The notes: a model not told the origin generated them from the letters alone. A stretch of DNA of 49,637 nucleotides from a virus (IMGVR_UViG_3300043173_000413:1-49637); one strand, 5' to 3'; counted from the stretch's first letter, positions 27,853 through 38,239 are shown. Program-made: numbers and translations.

Positions 27853-28347
27853 CTATGCTGTATAAGTTGACATGTTATTAATATCCGCCGCATAAATGAC
27901 AGAAAATCTGACTAACGCCCCACACCAGGGGGTTTGCCCCTCTCCTATTTCATAATCGAATCCGTTAAAAACTAAATCGGAAACTGTGCCTCCAAGGTCA
28001 ATACTTTCATCATCCGATACTTTAGGCGCCGAAGTTGACCTATTAAGCGCAACTACTATATCAGCCGCAAGTTTTTCGGCTATTGTCGAAAAAGGTTTAT
28101 CTCTTGTTTTGCTGTGAATCTCAACAAATAAAGACAATTCCCGAATGTCCTTACCGTAGTTTCTTGAATTCGAAACGCCCGACGGCCAGAAATTAACAGC
28201 AGGAAGATCATGCCCTTGGAATGGGGTGAGCTTCGCCCTGGCGATTGATGACGGTTTCACAGTAACATTATACCCGTTTTCAGTAGTAATATTACCGAGT
28301 CGAGCTTCAACCTCATCGAGTATGGTTGTAATTGCTACAGTCATCAA
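27853..28347 (-). CDS. Tail terminator/completion protein
   Basis: I...NGY, DLPA, DLGG motifs and synteny. Confidence 0.65.
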   Translation of the reverse strand: MMTVAITTILDEVEARLGNITTENGYNVTVKPSSIARAKLTPFQGHDLPAVNFWPSGVSNSRNYGKDIRELSLFVEIHSKTRDKPFSTIAEKLAADIVVALNRSTSAPKVSDDESIDLGGTVSDLVFNGFDYEIGEGQTPWCGALVRFSVIYAADINNMSTYTA

Positions 28348-28937
28348 TCCTCACCTATCAAATTCGCAAGCCGACTCAACATTGTGGGTACTTCGTCTTC
28401 AGCCGCCTTTATCATACCTAATCTGGCGGGAATTACCACTTGTTTTTTGAGAATGAACATCATTTGCCCATTTAAAAGAATCCCGTATTTTCCAGATTTG
28501 GTTTTGATGACGGTCCCGCCCTGACTGAAGACCTCCCGTGCCTGAAGACGAGTGACCCCCGCTGCCGTTTTATTGGAAGGTAATGGGATGTTGAGGTATG
28601 GACCCCCAGGAACTCTTTTATATGCTTTTTTCGCCCGTACCGTGCCGCCGAATTCGTGAATAGGGGCATACACAAGTTCAAGACCGCCGACTTTTGAAGC
28701 ACTGCCCACACTTGCACGTAAGATGTCGAGATCTGAACCAGATACAACAGAAACAATTGACCGCCGTAACGCTCCTGTTCTCACTTTCAACTTGTCAGTT
28801 GCGTTATCTTTGATCTTCTTATCAGCTTTAAAAACAGCTTCGGAAAACACTTTCTTAGCGTCTTTAAAAGTTCTTTCCGGTAACCGTTTCAAATACGCTT
28901 TAACTTCCGCAAGGTTTTTAACTTCGACGTTAAGCAT
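28344..28937 (-). CDS. Neck/tail completion protein (HK97 gp10-like)
   Basis: RTGALRRSI, YAPIHEFGG, V.IPAR motifs. Confidence 0.75.
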   Translation of the reverse strand: MLNVEVKNLAEVKAYLKRLPERTFKDAKKVFSEAVFKADKKIKDNATDKLKVRTGALRRSIVSVVSGSDLDILRASVGSASKVGGLELVYAPIHEFGGTVRAKKAYKRVPGGPYLNIPLPSNKTAAGVTRLQAREVFSQGGTVIKTKSGKYGILLNGQMMFILKKQVVIPARLGMIKAAEDEVPTMLSRLANLIGED

Positions 28938-28938
28938 A

Positions 28939-29487
28939 TCACCACCTCAACGGATGCCGTTCGGAGTTTAACATTCTTTTAACTTCTTTAAGCAAGCCAA
29001 GGGCCGGGCGCGAAACAAAACCGCCTTCTGTTGATACTGATTCAGCTCCGATCTGCTCCTTCGATTGATACTCATAAGCTGTTTGAAGTAAAGCTGCGCG
29101 ATTGATTGCGTCCGGTGCTTCGGAAACCCCGCCCGTGTAAGTGATTTCAATTTTAGCGTTGCTGACTTTTCCGTAAAGTTTTACACCGTAATTCGTAATT
29201 TCATAATCATTGGTGCCGTACTCTTCAGCGTTAGCACCTATCGTTACCGTTAAAGCCGAAACACTTGTTACGGGAACAGCTTTAAGGTGTATCATTTGCG
29301 TTGCGACATTTGAAGTGTAAATGGTAACGGTTCGTTCCGCACTTTCAAGCGCTCTTCCGAGATAATTTTCGATTGCAGCGGTAACGGACTCTCGTAAAAG
29401 GTTAAGGGCCGGATAATCCGTTATTGCTGCATCTCCGAGCCCAAGTAAAGCTTTAAGGTCAGCATATGTTACCAATTCAATTGCCAT
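28939..29487 (-). CDS. Head-tail connector (adaptor) protein
   Basis: LVT...LK..L, IENYLGR, ITYTGG...P..I..A motifs. Confidence 0.75.
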   Translation of the reverse strand: MAIELVTYADLKALLGLGDAAITDYPALNLLRESVTAAIENYLGRALESAERTVTIYTSNVATQMIHLKAVPVTSVSALTVTIGANAEEYGTNDYEITNYGVKLYGKVSNAKIEITYTGGVSEAPDAINRAALLQTAYEYQSKEQIGAESVSTEGGFVSRPALGLLKEVKRMLNSERHPLRW

Positions 29488-29531
29488 AGTTTAACCTCAC
29501 GATCCCCTATTATCAATTTACCATCATCGAG

Positions 29532-29828
29532 CTAATCTTCTAATCCTTTAATCGGCTGAACCACAAATCCAAGTATGCGTTCACGCCGCGCCGCTCGCCG
29601 TCGGCCGATCACCTTTATCATCCTTGCCTTTCGGAAAGCTTCCGGGTCGATGGGGAACTTCTCGTCGTAGAGGATACCTTCAGGGTCGCTTCGATAGTCC
29701 CATATATCAACAAGCGATTCTTCGCCGTCTTCGCCGACGTTAATCTCAAGAGCCAATCCGAGAGGATGAAGGAATTGCCTGTTCAATTCCTGGAGATATC
29801 CTATTTTCCTGAACTCCCCGATATTCAT
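29532..29828 (-). CDS. Hypothetical protein within the head-neck module
   Basis: GYLQELNRQFLHPLGLAL...WDYR.DPEG. Confidence 0.7.
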   Translation of the reverse strand: MNIGEFRKIGYLQELNRQFLHPLGLALEINVGEDGEESLVDIWDYRSDPEGILYDEKFPIDPEAFRKARMIKVIGRRRAARRERILGFVVQPIKGLED

Positions 29829-30088
29829 TATTTACGCCACCCTTTTTTTGGCTTTTCGGGAGTTTCGATCACCTCTTCCGCTTCCTCTTCTCCTTCCAAT
29901 ATTTCGGGCGTTTCAACTGGCTCCGGTTCGATTCTGTTTTCTTTGACGGCTTCAGCCGCCCCTATTGAAATAAACACTTTTGCGAGATCTTCAGGAAGAT
30001 TGACTTCCGAACCGACTTCATAAACGTTAACTGTGAAGCCGTCAATGCTACCTTTTTCAGTTCTTAGCATTTTGATTTTCATGTCCAC
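29828..30088 (-). CDS. Small head-associated protein
   Basis: Y.VG....LP..LA..FI..G.A.. motif typical of genes after HK97-type capsids; acidic/basic tail. Confidence 0.65.
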   Translation of the reverse strand: MDMKIKMLRTEKGSIDGFTVNVYEVGSEVNLPEDLAKVFISIGAAEAVKENRIEPEPVETPEILEGEEEAEEVIETPEKPKKGWRK

Positions 30089-30098
30089 CTCTTTATTT

Positions 30099-30125
30099 AA
30101 GCGGGGCCATTGATGACCCCGCTTT
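30099..30125 (-). terminator. Hairpin/terminator after the head genes
   Basis: AAGCGGGG-CCATTGATGA-CCCCGCTT. Confidence 0.6.
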
Positions 30126-30159
30126 CAACTCATATCGTTACATCGCTAAGTCTTACTTT

Positions 30160-30534
30160 TTACGGCGCAACACTCCGCAGCGGCCCGAGTATCGATGTGA
30201 CACCGAAAACGCAAGTGCCGCCGATAACCACGCTAAGGCGGCTATACCTTGCACGGGGATTCGGAACCTTGATAAGACCGCTCCCGGCTTCCGTAAGAGT
30301 CACAGAAACGGTGTTTCCGGCTGTCGCATCAGGTTCGGCTGTCCAGTCAACGTTGTTGTCGGAATACTGAAGCGTAGCAACAAACGAAGTCGCGAATGTT
30401 CCGCACGAAACGGGAAAGGCAGCTGATCCGCCATTGGCATGATCGACGGCAGCTGTGGTATATGTTGCAGCAGCTCTTGAAAGTGCCGAAAGTGCTTCTG
30501 CAATAGTATAATTTGTTCCGGGGTCCTGCCTCAT
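30160..30534 (-). CDS. Putative capsid decoration protein
   Basis: Beta-rich, LQYSD...WT and RY.RL motifs; GAGGAG RBS. Confidence 0.65.
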   Translation of the reverse strand: MRQDPGTNYTIAEALSALSRAAATYTTAAVDHANGGSAAFPVSCGTFATSFVATLQYSDNNVDWTAEPDATAGNTVSVTLTEAGSGLIKVPNPRARYSRLSVVIGGTCVFGVTSILGPLRSVAP

Positions 30535-30569
30535 GTTTCTTACTCCTCTTTTTTACAATTTGATAACAC

Positions 30570-31031
30570 TTACGTTGCCGACAACGCAACGCTTCCGACA
30601 TTTTCAAGAATAGTGCCGTTCCCGGCGCTATCGAAATAAACGGCGAGAGCATCATTGACATCGGCAAACGTCGCAATATCGTTAGTGCCGTCGAAGGTTC
30701 CCACAGTAAGGGTCAAAGTATGATCGCCACTGCCGCCCGGTTCCGTGGTGGCTTTGGCGATAAAAATACCCTGATGAGCCACCGAAGTGGCGATAGTCGC
30801 CGCAATTGTTACCGAAGTATGATTCAGTTCAATCGACTGCACACCGGCAGTCACTGCGCCGGAAACAGTAAGTTCCTGCGTCCTGGCGGATACATCAGCA
30901 GAGTTGTTGATTTCAGCAGCAGCTGCCGTGTTGCCGTCCATGGCATTAAGTTCAGCAGCTGTCGCCGTAACTTTAACGCCGTTGATACGAAGCACCTGTG
31001 TTTTTACTGAAGGTCTGTTATAATCACCCAT
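30570..31031 (-). CDS. Putative head fiber/decoration protein
   Basis: VTATAAELN.MDG.TA.AAEIN repeat; directly after the capsid gene. Confidence 0.65.
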   Translation of the reverse strand: MGDYNRPSVKTQVLRINGVKVTATAAELNAMDGNTAAAAEINNSADVSARTQELTVSGAVTAGVQSIELNHTSVTIAATIATSVAHQGIFIAKATTEPGGSGDHTLTLTVGTFDGTNDIATFADVNDALAVYFDSAGNGTILENVGSVALSAT

Positions 31032-31044
31032 TGATCATCCCTCC

Positions 31045-32262
31045 TTATGATGCCGCAATCTTGACACAAGCAAACGCTTCGGCCAATGTGACCTGACCAC
31101 CCACCCGTTTTTTGATGATGAAACCGGTCTGATCGTATTCCGCGTAACGCTCAACGAGCCGCTGAACAGTAATGCCGGAACGATCCCTGATCTTGTAACC
31201 GGCCATGAGATCAGCGAAAACGACGGGGAAAGAACCTGCTGCAATATCGGGCATACCTTCAGGGTTTATGATGCCTTTTCCGAGAAGGGTTGCAGGTTCA
31301 CCGGCAATAACCGAAGGCTGCCACAGATACCGTCCTTCACCGTCTTTCAGCTTCCGGATAACTGCCTCGGTGGTGGAGTTGAAGGCCCATCTGCCGTTTT
31401 TCCGGTAAGTCTTTTTCAGGCTGTAGAAACAACTGATGAGAGCGTCGACCCCGTTGTTCGTTTCATCGGAAAGGGCGTCAGCGACCCCGGATGCGGCATA
31501 ATTCGCCTGAACCCTGGAGTCAGCAACAAACCCTTTCGGGGAATCGTCACCGGGAGCGGTTGAAAACCCGTCGTCTTCCGCTTCCGCGATGGCCCTGGCG
31601 AAAGCATCGGTCATTTCCCCGACGATATTCGCATCGGTATCATCCAATGTGTTGTTGGAAACCAGGGTGAGTGCCCGGAGATCGAAAATGGTGATCCGCT
31701 CACCGCCGGTTGTCAAATCCTGTGCAGTAACGGCGATATTTGCCCGGCCCCAGGCGACCGACGGCTTTGAAAGAGCACCCAACACAACGACATCCCTGCC
31801 GGTTGATCCGACCTGGCAGGCCGGGCGGACTTCAGCGAGGTTATAGGCGTTCATGATGATTCCGGACTCAAAGGAGGGAGGAATCAGGAAGCCACCGTCG
31901 GCATCCGACGTGCCGCCCAGGGCGCGTTTTTCGTCCGGGGTAAACACTGCCTGCCCGGTTTCCCCGATGCCGTGCCTGATATATTTTTCAAAAGCCGATG
32001 ATCGGAGTTCTTCTTCCGGGCTCTGCTCTTTGTCCGTCTGGTTCTCGAAGTTGGGCCGGTTCAGGCGTTTGGATAATTCCGTAATTTCCTTGCGCATTTC
32101 AGTGACCGAGTTGTTTGCAGCTTCGACTTTTTCGAGCGTTTCAGTGGACGCTTCGCCGTGTCTCTTTTCCGCCTCTTCGATGGCCCGGTCATTGTACTTT
32201 TTCACTTCCTCAAAAGTGCGCCCTATTTCTTCCTGGAGTTCTTTGATCTTTTCCGCTGACAT
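31045..32262 (-). CDS. Major capsid protein, HK97 family
   Basis: N-terminal coiled-coil delta domain; DGGFLIP, LKD..GRYLWQP, TLLG, R.GG motifs. Confidence 0.95.
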   Translation of the reverse strand: MSAEKIKELQEEIGRTFEEVKKYNDRAIEEAEKRHGEASTETLEKVEAANNSVTEMRKEITELSKRLNRPNFENQTDKEQSPEEELRSSAFEKYIRHGIGETGQAVFTPDEKRALGGTSDADGGFLIPPSFESGIIMNAYNLAEVRPACQVGSTGRDVVVLGALSKPSVAWGRANIAVTAQDLTTGGERITIFDLRALTLVSNNTLDDTDANIVGEMTDAFARAIAEAEDDGFSTAPGDDSPKGFVADSRVQANYAASGVADALSDETNNGVDALISCFYSLKKTYRKNGRWAFNSTTEAVIRKLKDGEGRYLWQPSVIAGEPATLLGKGIINPEGMPDIAAGSFPVVFADLMAGYKIRDRSGITVQRLVERYAEYDQTGFIIKKRVGGQVTLAEAFACVKIAAS

Positions 32263-32266
32263 ATTT

Positions 32267-33325
32267 TCACCTCAAATTACTTCTAAAGTTTTTCATAAAA
32301 TCGATGCTTTTACCGATTTCGTCCGGCTCCTGGGTAATCCCGAGAAGTGTCGAAAACCGCATCTTTTCGGCGTCTGAAAAACCGCCGCTTCTGAACTCAT
32401 CGCAAAGTGTATCAACGGCTTTGCGTCTTTCCGTCTGGTGAGCTTCCCTGATTTCTTCAGGAAGTTCGGCCAGCTTACTTCGTGATTCCTTAACGAGTAG
32501 TTTGCCGGACCGCAAGAGTTTGATATCGCCTTCGGTCAATGACGTGGTTTTGGTCACATCGGCGTCAAGCTTTGATCGAACCTGAAAGGAAAGATCATTT
32601 ACACTTGAAATTGACCGTATCGAATCCGCGTTGACCGCTCCCGTAACTTCCCGCAACCAGTCGAGGTAATGGCCGTGAAAGGAAGCAATTGCAGCATCCG
32701 ATTTGGAAAGAATATCGTCTGCTGAGTTATTTGCCCACATTATATCGTCTAATGTTTCACTGAGCGAATACCTCAGTTTCCAGCCTCGTTCCCGCAAATC
32801 TCTTTCTTTGACGGTTTCGTCAAAATCTTCAGCTCTCACATCCACGATCTTTGCTGCTCCATTTGCTTCAAAGATCACCGGACCACATTCCATGCACCGA
32901 ACTTCTGAAATTTCACGTACACCGTTAACGATTTTATCATTGACGACGTTGAAGCCGAATGAAAAAGAATCCACATCACCACCTTTTACATGGGCGAAGG
33001 ATTCTTTGCCTGATCGGGTGTCAAGATTGAATTGGCAGCGAACAAACGGACCGTAATCATCTTCGCGGGCTTCGATGATTTTACCAGCCAGCGCTTCATG
33101 GTTCCATAAAAGCCTGATTTTATCGGCGCGTTCGCCAAACGTCTTTTTAAACGATCCGCGCTTGAATGTTGACTTGTAACTGTCAACGGTGCCCCATGCT
33201 GTTAAATATGCTTCGACGATACCCTCATCCGTAGTTTCCCGGATTTCACCGATAGACCGGATTTCAAGCGATTTGTCATCGGCGCGTTTATTGATTCGTT
33301 TAGCCATATTATCCCTCGACTTCAT
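32267..33325 (-). CDS. HK97-family prohead protease with C-terminal extension
   Basis: VDSY...F..GSF..T, LLWNH, SFSFGF, E...V..AN..A motifs; likely start is the second Met (MAKR). Confidence 0.88.
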   Translation of the reverse strand: MKSRDNMAKRINKRADDKSLEIRSIGEIRETTDEGIVEAYLTAWGTVDSYKSTFKRGSFKKTFGERADKIRLLWNHEALAGKIIEAREDDYGPFVRCQFNLDTRSGKESFAHVKGGDVDSFSFGFNVVNDKIVNGVREISEVRCMECGPVIFEANGAAKIVDVRAEDFDETVKERDLRERGWKLRYSLSETLDDIMWANNSADDILSKSDAAIASFHGHYLDWLREVTGAVNADSIRSISSVNDLSFQVRSKLDADVTKTTSLTEGDIKLLRSGKLLVKESRSKLAELPEEIREAHQTERRKAVDTLCDEFRSGGFSDAEKMRFSTLLGITQEPDEIGKSIDFMKNFRSNLR

Positions 33326-35237
33326 AAGTTAAAGTACATCTACAGTTTACTCTGTTCCCTGGTGATAACCGATTGTCAAGTGGATACCGCGCCTTTTCCT
33401 TACCGACTGTAAAATCTTCATCGATCTTGACGGTTTTACCGTTCATCTTTTTGTGGGAATCCCGCACTTCAAATCCTGCTGTGGCCCATGTTTTATGGGT
33501 TGCGCCTGATAATTGTGCCGACTTCCATTGTCCCAAATTCGCCGCGTTACCCGTAATTGTCCTTGCAAGCATTAACGCCCGCGCCGGTGAAAACGTACCT
33601 ACATCAATAATCGCTTGCTGAAGATCTTTGGTTGCCCATCCCTGGTCGAGTCCTTCTTCCATCTGCTGAAGGATTAAAGAAACCGTTGTGTCTGAAATGA
33701 AACTAACTTCAGTTAGAATTAACTTTTCCTCTTCAAGATACTCTTCGAGCAATGCGGTTATTTCGTCTTCAGCTTGCCTTTTTTCAACAGTGATATCGGA
33801 ACCGAACTTTGCACCGATGGTGAGATAGAACCCCGTTAGTGTCTTTTCCCAATCATCGCTTGAATCTTCGATAATCTCCGTTACATTCCCCCCGCCTGTT
33901 TTCTCAATATCAGCAAAGATTGCTTTTCGTTGCTTTTCGAAAAGTTCTTCAAACACCGGTTTCATGATATTTTCGGCGGTTTCATCGATCTCTTTTTGTT
34001 CGTCGCCAACCGATCTCTTTTCAATTAGCGTTAAGAGTTTACGTTTTACCGGTGTTTCTGTCGGTATTGATTGCGATGGCAGGGAATCTTCCCAACCTGG
34101 AAATTCACTAAAGCCAAACTTGAAAACCGCATTGAGTTGTTTAAAAGGAACGCCCATTTTAAACAACTTTTCGGCAGTTTCGGATTTAGTGAAAAGAGCA
34201 GCACGAAGAACGGAAACATTAGAAATATCATATTGAATTTTTTCGCCTGGATTCAATTCATTATGAAACGAGTGGTTGAATGTATCGGCAAGGTCATCAA
34301 GTAGCGGAATAACCGTTGATAGCCAGAAAATAAGTTCAGATGTCGAATAGTTGTTGTACGTGCTGGATTCCTGCGCACCCGCGTACTGCGGAGGAACACC
34401 AAAGATTATGAATATCTCATCGCGGTTATATTTCCGCGAAACGCCGAAGTCCATTTCGACAGGCGTTAATGACGTTCGATGATACTTCGCGTTCGATCCG
34501 ACAACGGCTATGCGTCGAGCATTTTTCGGCCCGGCATGACGTTCATTTAAACTATCAGCTACGACATCGGCATCCTTTTGATCTTCGAACTCCCGTTCAA
34601 ACGTCATGACACCGTCAACGACTCCTCTGTTCTGCATTGCCGCTTTGTTAAAGTCCTGCTGCTCATTATCACAATCAACAGTTCTTGCAGCAGCTTCTAA
34701 AGGGGCGATACCCAGGAGAGGATTAGCCGGATTAAAAAACTTGTGATGAATGACATCCTGGGGTTCATAAGCTACCCTTGGAGATTCGTCAAGAGCATAT
34801 CCCGCAAGCCATTCAGAGATATCTTTTGTCGGAACAGGGTGTAACCTATCCGGGGAAATGGGCCACAGCTCCGCCGTTCGTTCACCGACATGGACCTTTT
34901 TTAGATACGAATTACCGGAAAGCTCAAGCCACGATATGATTAATTCAAAGAGATCCTGACGTGAAATGTGGGGGTTTGGTCTGTCAAGTAATACGCTGAT
35001 ATGATGCTTAGGTAAAGATTCCCCATCTTCGTTGACGACCTCCCAAGGAACGGACGCGGCTGCTTTTGTTATCAGATTGACGGCCCTATAAACCCAACCG
35101 TTAGCCCGGTAACCTTCTTTAACGGCCTTTTCGATAGTCCACGACGTGTATATCGGTTGGCCTATTTTAGTTTGCCACGAATCGGCCACCGCATAATTAC
35201 GCTTCTCTTGCTTTTTTTTAAACCAGGGAAATTTCAT
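33309..35237 (-). CDS. Portal protein fused to a Mu gpF/SPP1 gp7-like minor head domain
   Basis: HK97-type portal motifs (G.APL, FGVPP, Y.N); C-terminal K.W...VRDSH..MNG...NCRC. Confidence 0.9.
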   Translation of the reverse strand: MKFPWFKKKQEKRNYAVADSWQTKIGQPIYTSWTIEKAVKEGYRANGWVYRAVNLITKAAASVPWEVVNEDGESLPKHHISVLLDRPNPHISRQDLFELIISWLELSGNSYLKKVHVGERTAELWPISPDRLHPVPTKDISEWLAGYALDESPRVAYEPQDVIHHKFFNPANPLLGIAPLEAAARTVDCDNEQQDFNKAAMQNRGVVDGVMTFEREFEDQKDADVVADSLNERHAGPKNARRIAVVGSNAKYHRTSLTPVEMDFGVSRKYNRDEIFIIFGVPPQYAGAQESSTYNNYSTSELIFWLSTVIPLLDDLADTFNHSFHNELNPGEKIQYDISNVSVLRAALFTKSETAEKLFKMGVPFKQLNAVFKFGFSEFPGWEDSLPSQSIPTETPVKRKLLTLIEKRSVGDEQKEIDETAENIMKPVFEELFEKQRKAIFADIEKTGGGNVTEIIEDSSDDWEKTLTGFYLTIGAKFGSDITVEKRQAEDEITALLEEYLEEEKLILTEVSFISDTTVSLILQQMEEGLDQGWATKDLQQAIIDVGTFSPARALMLARTITGNAANLGQWKSAQLSGATHKTWATAGFEVRDSHKKMNGKTVKIDEDFTVGKEKARYPLDNRLSPGNRVNCRCTLTYEVEG

Positions 35238-36787
35238 TATGATGTAAATACCATCCTTGGGGGTGTTGATGCAAGCAAAAAACCGTCCGCGTAATTCGGC
35301 GACGGGATTCCACGCCTTTTCATTTTTTCTTTCGACTCAATTTTAATTTTACCGGCATCGTTAAATTCGACTTTAGGCTGTGACAATTCAGCGATCAATT
35401 CGGCATGATTAGGTATCGAAATACAGTCGTCATCAGGCCAGTGTTTCAGACCGTTTAATCTTTCGTATGTTCGTTCAAATCGCCTTCTCATTGTCCACCA
35501 CATTTGAGCTTTTTTATTAGCGAACATATCCTTATTCAATTTGCCTTTTGAATAAAATCCCGGTAATTTCGTCGAGCCCACATTTATACCCGTCACAATA
35601 TAATCAACAGAGTTCGCCCCCTCAGCTTTTTCATCAATCGATTTCATTTCCCCTTTGACTCCTGCCCCAACCCCTATCGAATCATAGTTAAGAGCATCAA
35701 TGCCAAATTCAACCGCTAATCTGTGAGCTTTCCGGGCAGTGTCGGTTGTTGTTCCAAGTAACCACCCGTCTATATAAACACATACATTACCGTGAATAAT
35801 AAAGAAAGTGTTTTTATCACCACCTTCATCTGCAACGTCGAGCCCTCCCATTTTACGACCTGAAGGTTCGAGCGGAAAGTCAATAGCTGCTTTGACATAT
35901 TTTGCAGGAATGCAAATCCCTTCAACTGAGGCATTGTAATCTCTATCAACTTCCTGCGCGAGTATCCACGGTTCAAGCGTTTCCTGCTGTTTCTTATACC
36001 ATTCGGCATCTTTCCTTGGATCATCACGCCAATCAAACACAAATACCGGAATCTTACCACCGAAACGTTTTTTATAAAAAGGATTGCCGTTTCCATTAGG
36101 TGTTGAAACATCTATCTTTACATCACTATTCTGTGATAACGCCGCCTCTATTCGCTCCGGTCTTTCGTAAAATGCCGACTCATCTTTCAGATAGATGGTG
36201 TTTCGCCCACCTCGCCCGATATTGTCCCCGGCTTCACCTGTGATAGTGGCGCCCGTATCGTGATTCATGATTTTCATAAACGGTGCAGTATAATTAGGTT
36301 TGAATTCCCTTGGAAGTTTTGTGAGAATCAATCGGCCTTTTTCAAAAAGGGAATCGGGGTCACCTATGCAGTCAACATATTTTTCTTTACGTGAACCGAA
36401 ACCGACTTTTACCCCAGGCATATAACAAAGGGCCCATATTGCAAAAGCCATATTTAACCACGATGCACCCACGTCTCTTGATTTTTCCATCAAACCGTCC
36501 GATTTAATTTCTATTAAATTAGACAGCCAGTAAATATATTCTTTTTGTTTCGGGAAAAGAATAAACGGAATGAACGGCATTTTTAAACGGGGATCATAGG
36601 TCAGCATCCAGTCCTGAATAAAGGCGCACGGGTCCGATTTATAAATGACGTGGTGAGCTTTAAGAAACATTCCCGTTTTATCAGCTCTTATTTTCGAAAG
36701 TCGTTTACTACGATTGACAAAAATAGGCCGGTAATCGGGGTTTTTGAAATCGAAATTTAGATAAACGTCGCTCATTCCGTCGCTCAT
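35237..36787 (-). CDS. terL: Terminase large subunit
   Basis: KSRDVGASW Walker A variant, DE Walker B, STPNG, GLDVA.EG.D, SPN.AD. Confidence 0.92.
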   Translation of the reverse strand: MSDGMSDVYLNFDFKNPDYRPIFVNRSKRLSKIRADKTGMFLKAHHVIYKSDPCAFIQDWMLTYDPRLKMPFIPFILFPKQKEYIYWLSNLIEIKSDGLMEKSRDVGASWLNMAFAIWALCYMPGVKVGFGSRKEKYVDCIGDPDSLFEKGRLILTKLPREFKPNYTAPFMKIMNHDTGATITGEAGDNIGRGGRNTIYLKDESAFYERPERIEAALSQNSDVKIDVSTPNGNGNPFYKKRFGGKIPVFVFDWRDDPRKDAEWYKKQQETLEPWILAQEVDRDYNASVEGICIPAKYVKAAIDFPLEPSGRKMGGLDVADEGGDKNTFFIIHGNVCVYIDGWLLGTTTDTARKAHRLAVEFGIDALNYDSIGVGAGVKGEMKSIDEKAEGANSVDYIVTGINVGSTKLPGFYSKGKLNKDMFANKKAQMWWTMRRRFERTYERLNGLKHWPDDDCISIPNHAELIAELSQPKVEFNDAGKIKIESKEKMKRRGIPSPNYADGFLLASTPPRMVFTS

Positions 36788-36791
36788 TCCG

Positions 36792-37283
36792 TTACTCTTC
36801 GCTTACAATTTTTTCATAAAGCGCTTGCGCTTCAGTTAACGATATATCGGCGTCAATTTTTATTTCCTGTTCAATAGGTCCACCGTCAGGCCCTGAATGT
36901 TCAAACTGCTGTCTATCTCTCCACCTTTGAGGCCCTCTATTCTTCAAGAAAAATTTTGTTGCAGTTACGTTCGCAGGGGTATGTTTTTCAACAACTTTAA
37001 TGATTTTAAGCTCACCATCCTTATTCGGCTCCATAGTCTTTTCTGTGAACGTATAACCAAAGCACTGTTTCAATAACGACTCTTCAACCGCCATAGTGTC
37101 AAAATCGTCTTTGCCTCTTTTTACAGCATCTGAAAATGAAGAATAGTTTCTTTTCCAGTTAGTTATGGTCGATATTGAAACGTCAAAAAGTCGCCCCAAC
37201 TTCCAATCTGTGAACCCTCCTTCCCGGCAAGCCACTTCAGCCATATAATCAAATCGCTCTTCATATTTTATAGGTCTTGCCAT
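36792..37283 (-). CDS. terS: Terminase small subunit
   Basis: MARP.KY, HTH, A..FFLKNR....WRD, EHSG.DGGPI. Confidence 0.88.
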   Translation of the reverse strand: MARPIKYEERFDYMAEVACREGGFTDWKLGRLFDVSISTITNWKRNYSSFSDAVKRGKDDFDTMAVEESLLKQCFGYTFTEKTMEPNKDGELKIIKVVEKHTPANVTATKFFLKNRGPQRWRDRQQFEHSGPDGGPIEQEIKIDADISLTEAQALYEKIVSEE

Positions 37284-37290
37284 ATTTGAA

Positions 37291-37491
37291 TCACTTTCTT
37301 TTCAATGCCTTATATATGTTGATTGTCACAAGAATAGCTGCGCCAACCATACCGTATATTTTAAGGGTTGCTTCAAGCTGATTAGCGGTTGGAATGTACG
37401 GCATTAACAATGCGAGGGCCGCCGACCCCAAAGATTTAACATGGTGGTAATTATCGTTTGACGGAAGGCTTATCATTGCCATTTGCCACAA
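37291..37491 (-). CDS. Small membrane protein (holin-like)
   Basis: Two hydrophobic segments and a basic C-terminus. Confidence 0.5.
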   Translation of the reverse strand: MWQMAMISLPSNDNYHHVKSLGSAALALLMPYIPTANQLEATLKIYGMVGAAILVTINIYKALKRK

Positions 37492-37615
37492 CCCTCATAA
37501 GTTTTCCCAACAGTTGCAGCCATGAATTTTCCTTGACCGGCAGTTGTGCAATAACTTCAGAACCGATAAGAAGAACCCCACTTGCAATTGCAATATACAA
37601 TTCGATGTTTTCCAT
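37451..37615 (-). CDS. Small membrane protein (holin-like)
   Basis: GGTGG RBS; SE....P.KENS.LQL motif after a hydrophobic helix. Confidence 0.6.
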   Translation of the reverse strand: MENIELYIAIASGVLLIGSEVIAQLPVKENSWLQLLGKLMRVVANGNDKPSVKR

Positions 37616-37673
37616 ATAACCACCATTTAGAATATAATTTAAAATATTAATGATGCAACAGAATACGAACAAA

Positions 37674-37712
37674 ACAAGGCAATGTCAATTGATAATGTCG
37701 ACATTGCCTTGT
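37674..37712 (-). terminator. Hairpin separating the early/middle cluster from the late operon
   Basis: ACAAGGCAATGTC...GACATTGCCTTGT, 13-bp stem. Confidence 0.7.
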
Positions 37713-37726
37713 ATACAACTCACTGA

Positions 37727-38239
37727 CTACACCCTATACATATTGTATTTATCCGATTCCCCGTTAACATCACGTAACCGCTCAATAAGCAATCGCCTAT
37801 CATATTTCGGTGTCGCATCGGGCTTGCGCCCCATCTTATCCCATCGGCAAAGCTTCACAAGATCAGCGAACCATTCATTCCCTGACAGCTCGTTCACCTT
37901 AGATAGTTTTTTCATATCGCCCAAGGCGTAATTCCAGAACCTCATATGGTTACCAACAAGCCATAGAGTTTTCGGGCTTACGTGATTCTTCAGCAGATCA
38001 ACTGAATATTTCTCGTGACCGAGTTTTGATATCTGCTTTCCGGCATCGTGAAGCATTGCGGCAACGATCAAATCAATGTCATCAGTTTCTCGAAGGGCGC
38101 ATTTTAACGTCTGGAGAGAATGATTGAAAACATCACCTTCGGGATGCCATTCAGGATGCTGCTCAACTCCTCTGCACCTTTCTAATATATTGAACAAGGG
38201 AGAGGAATTGGATATTTTTGTGAAATTATAGAACTTCAT
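37727..38239 (-). CDS. HD-domain phosphohydrolase (similar to the HD domain of multifunctional CCA enzymes)
   Basis: Q.P.WHPEGDVFNH, AAMLHDAGK, GHE, HM, D..GR. Confidence 0.85.
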   Translation of the reverse strand: MKFYNFTKISNSSPLFNILERCRGVEQHPEWHPEGDVFNHSLQTLKCALRETDDIDLIVAAMLHDAGKQISKLGHEKYSVDLLKNHVSPKTLWLVGNHMRFWNYALGDMKKLSKVNELSGNEWFADLVKLCRWDKMGRKPDATPKYDRRLLIERLRDVNGESDKYNMYRV

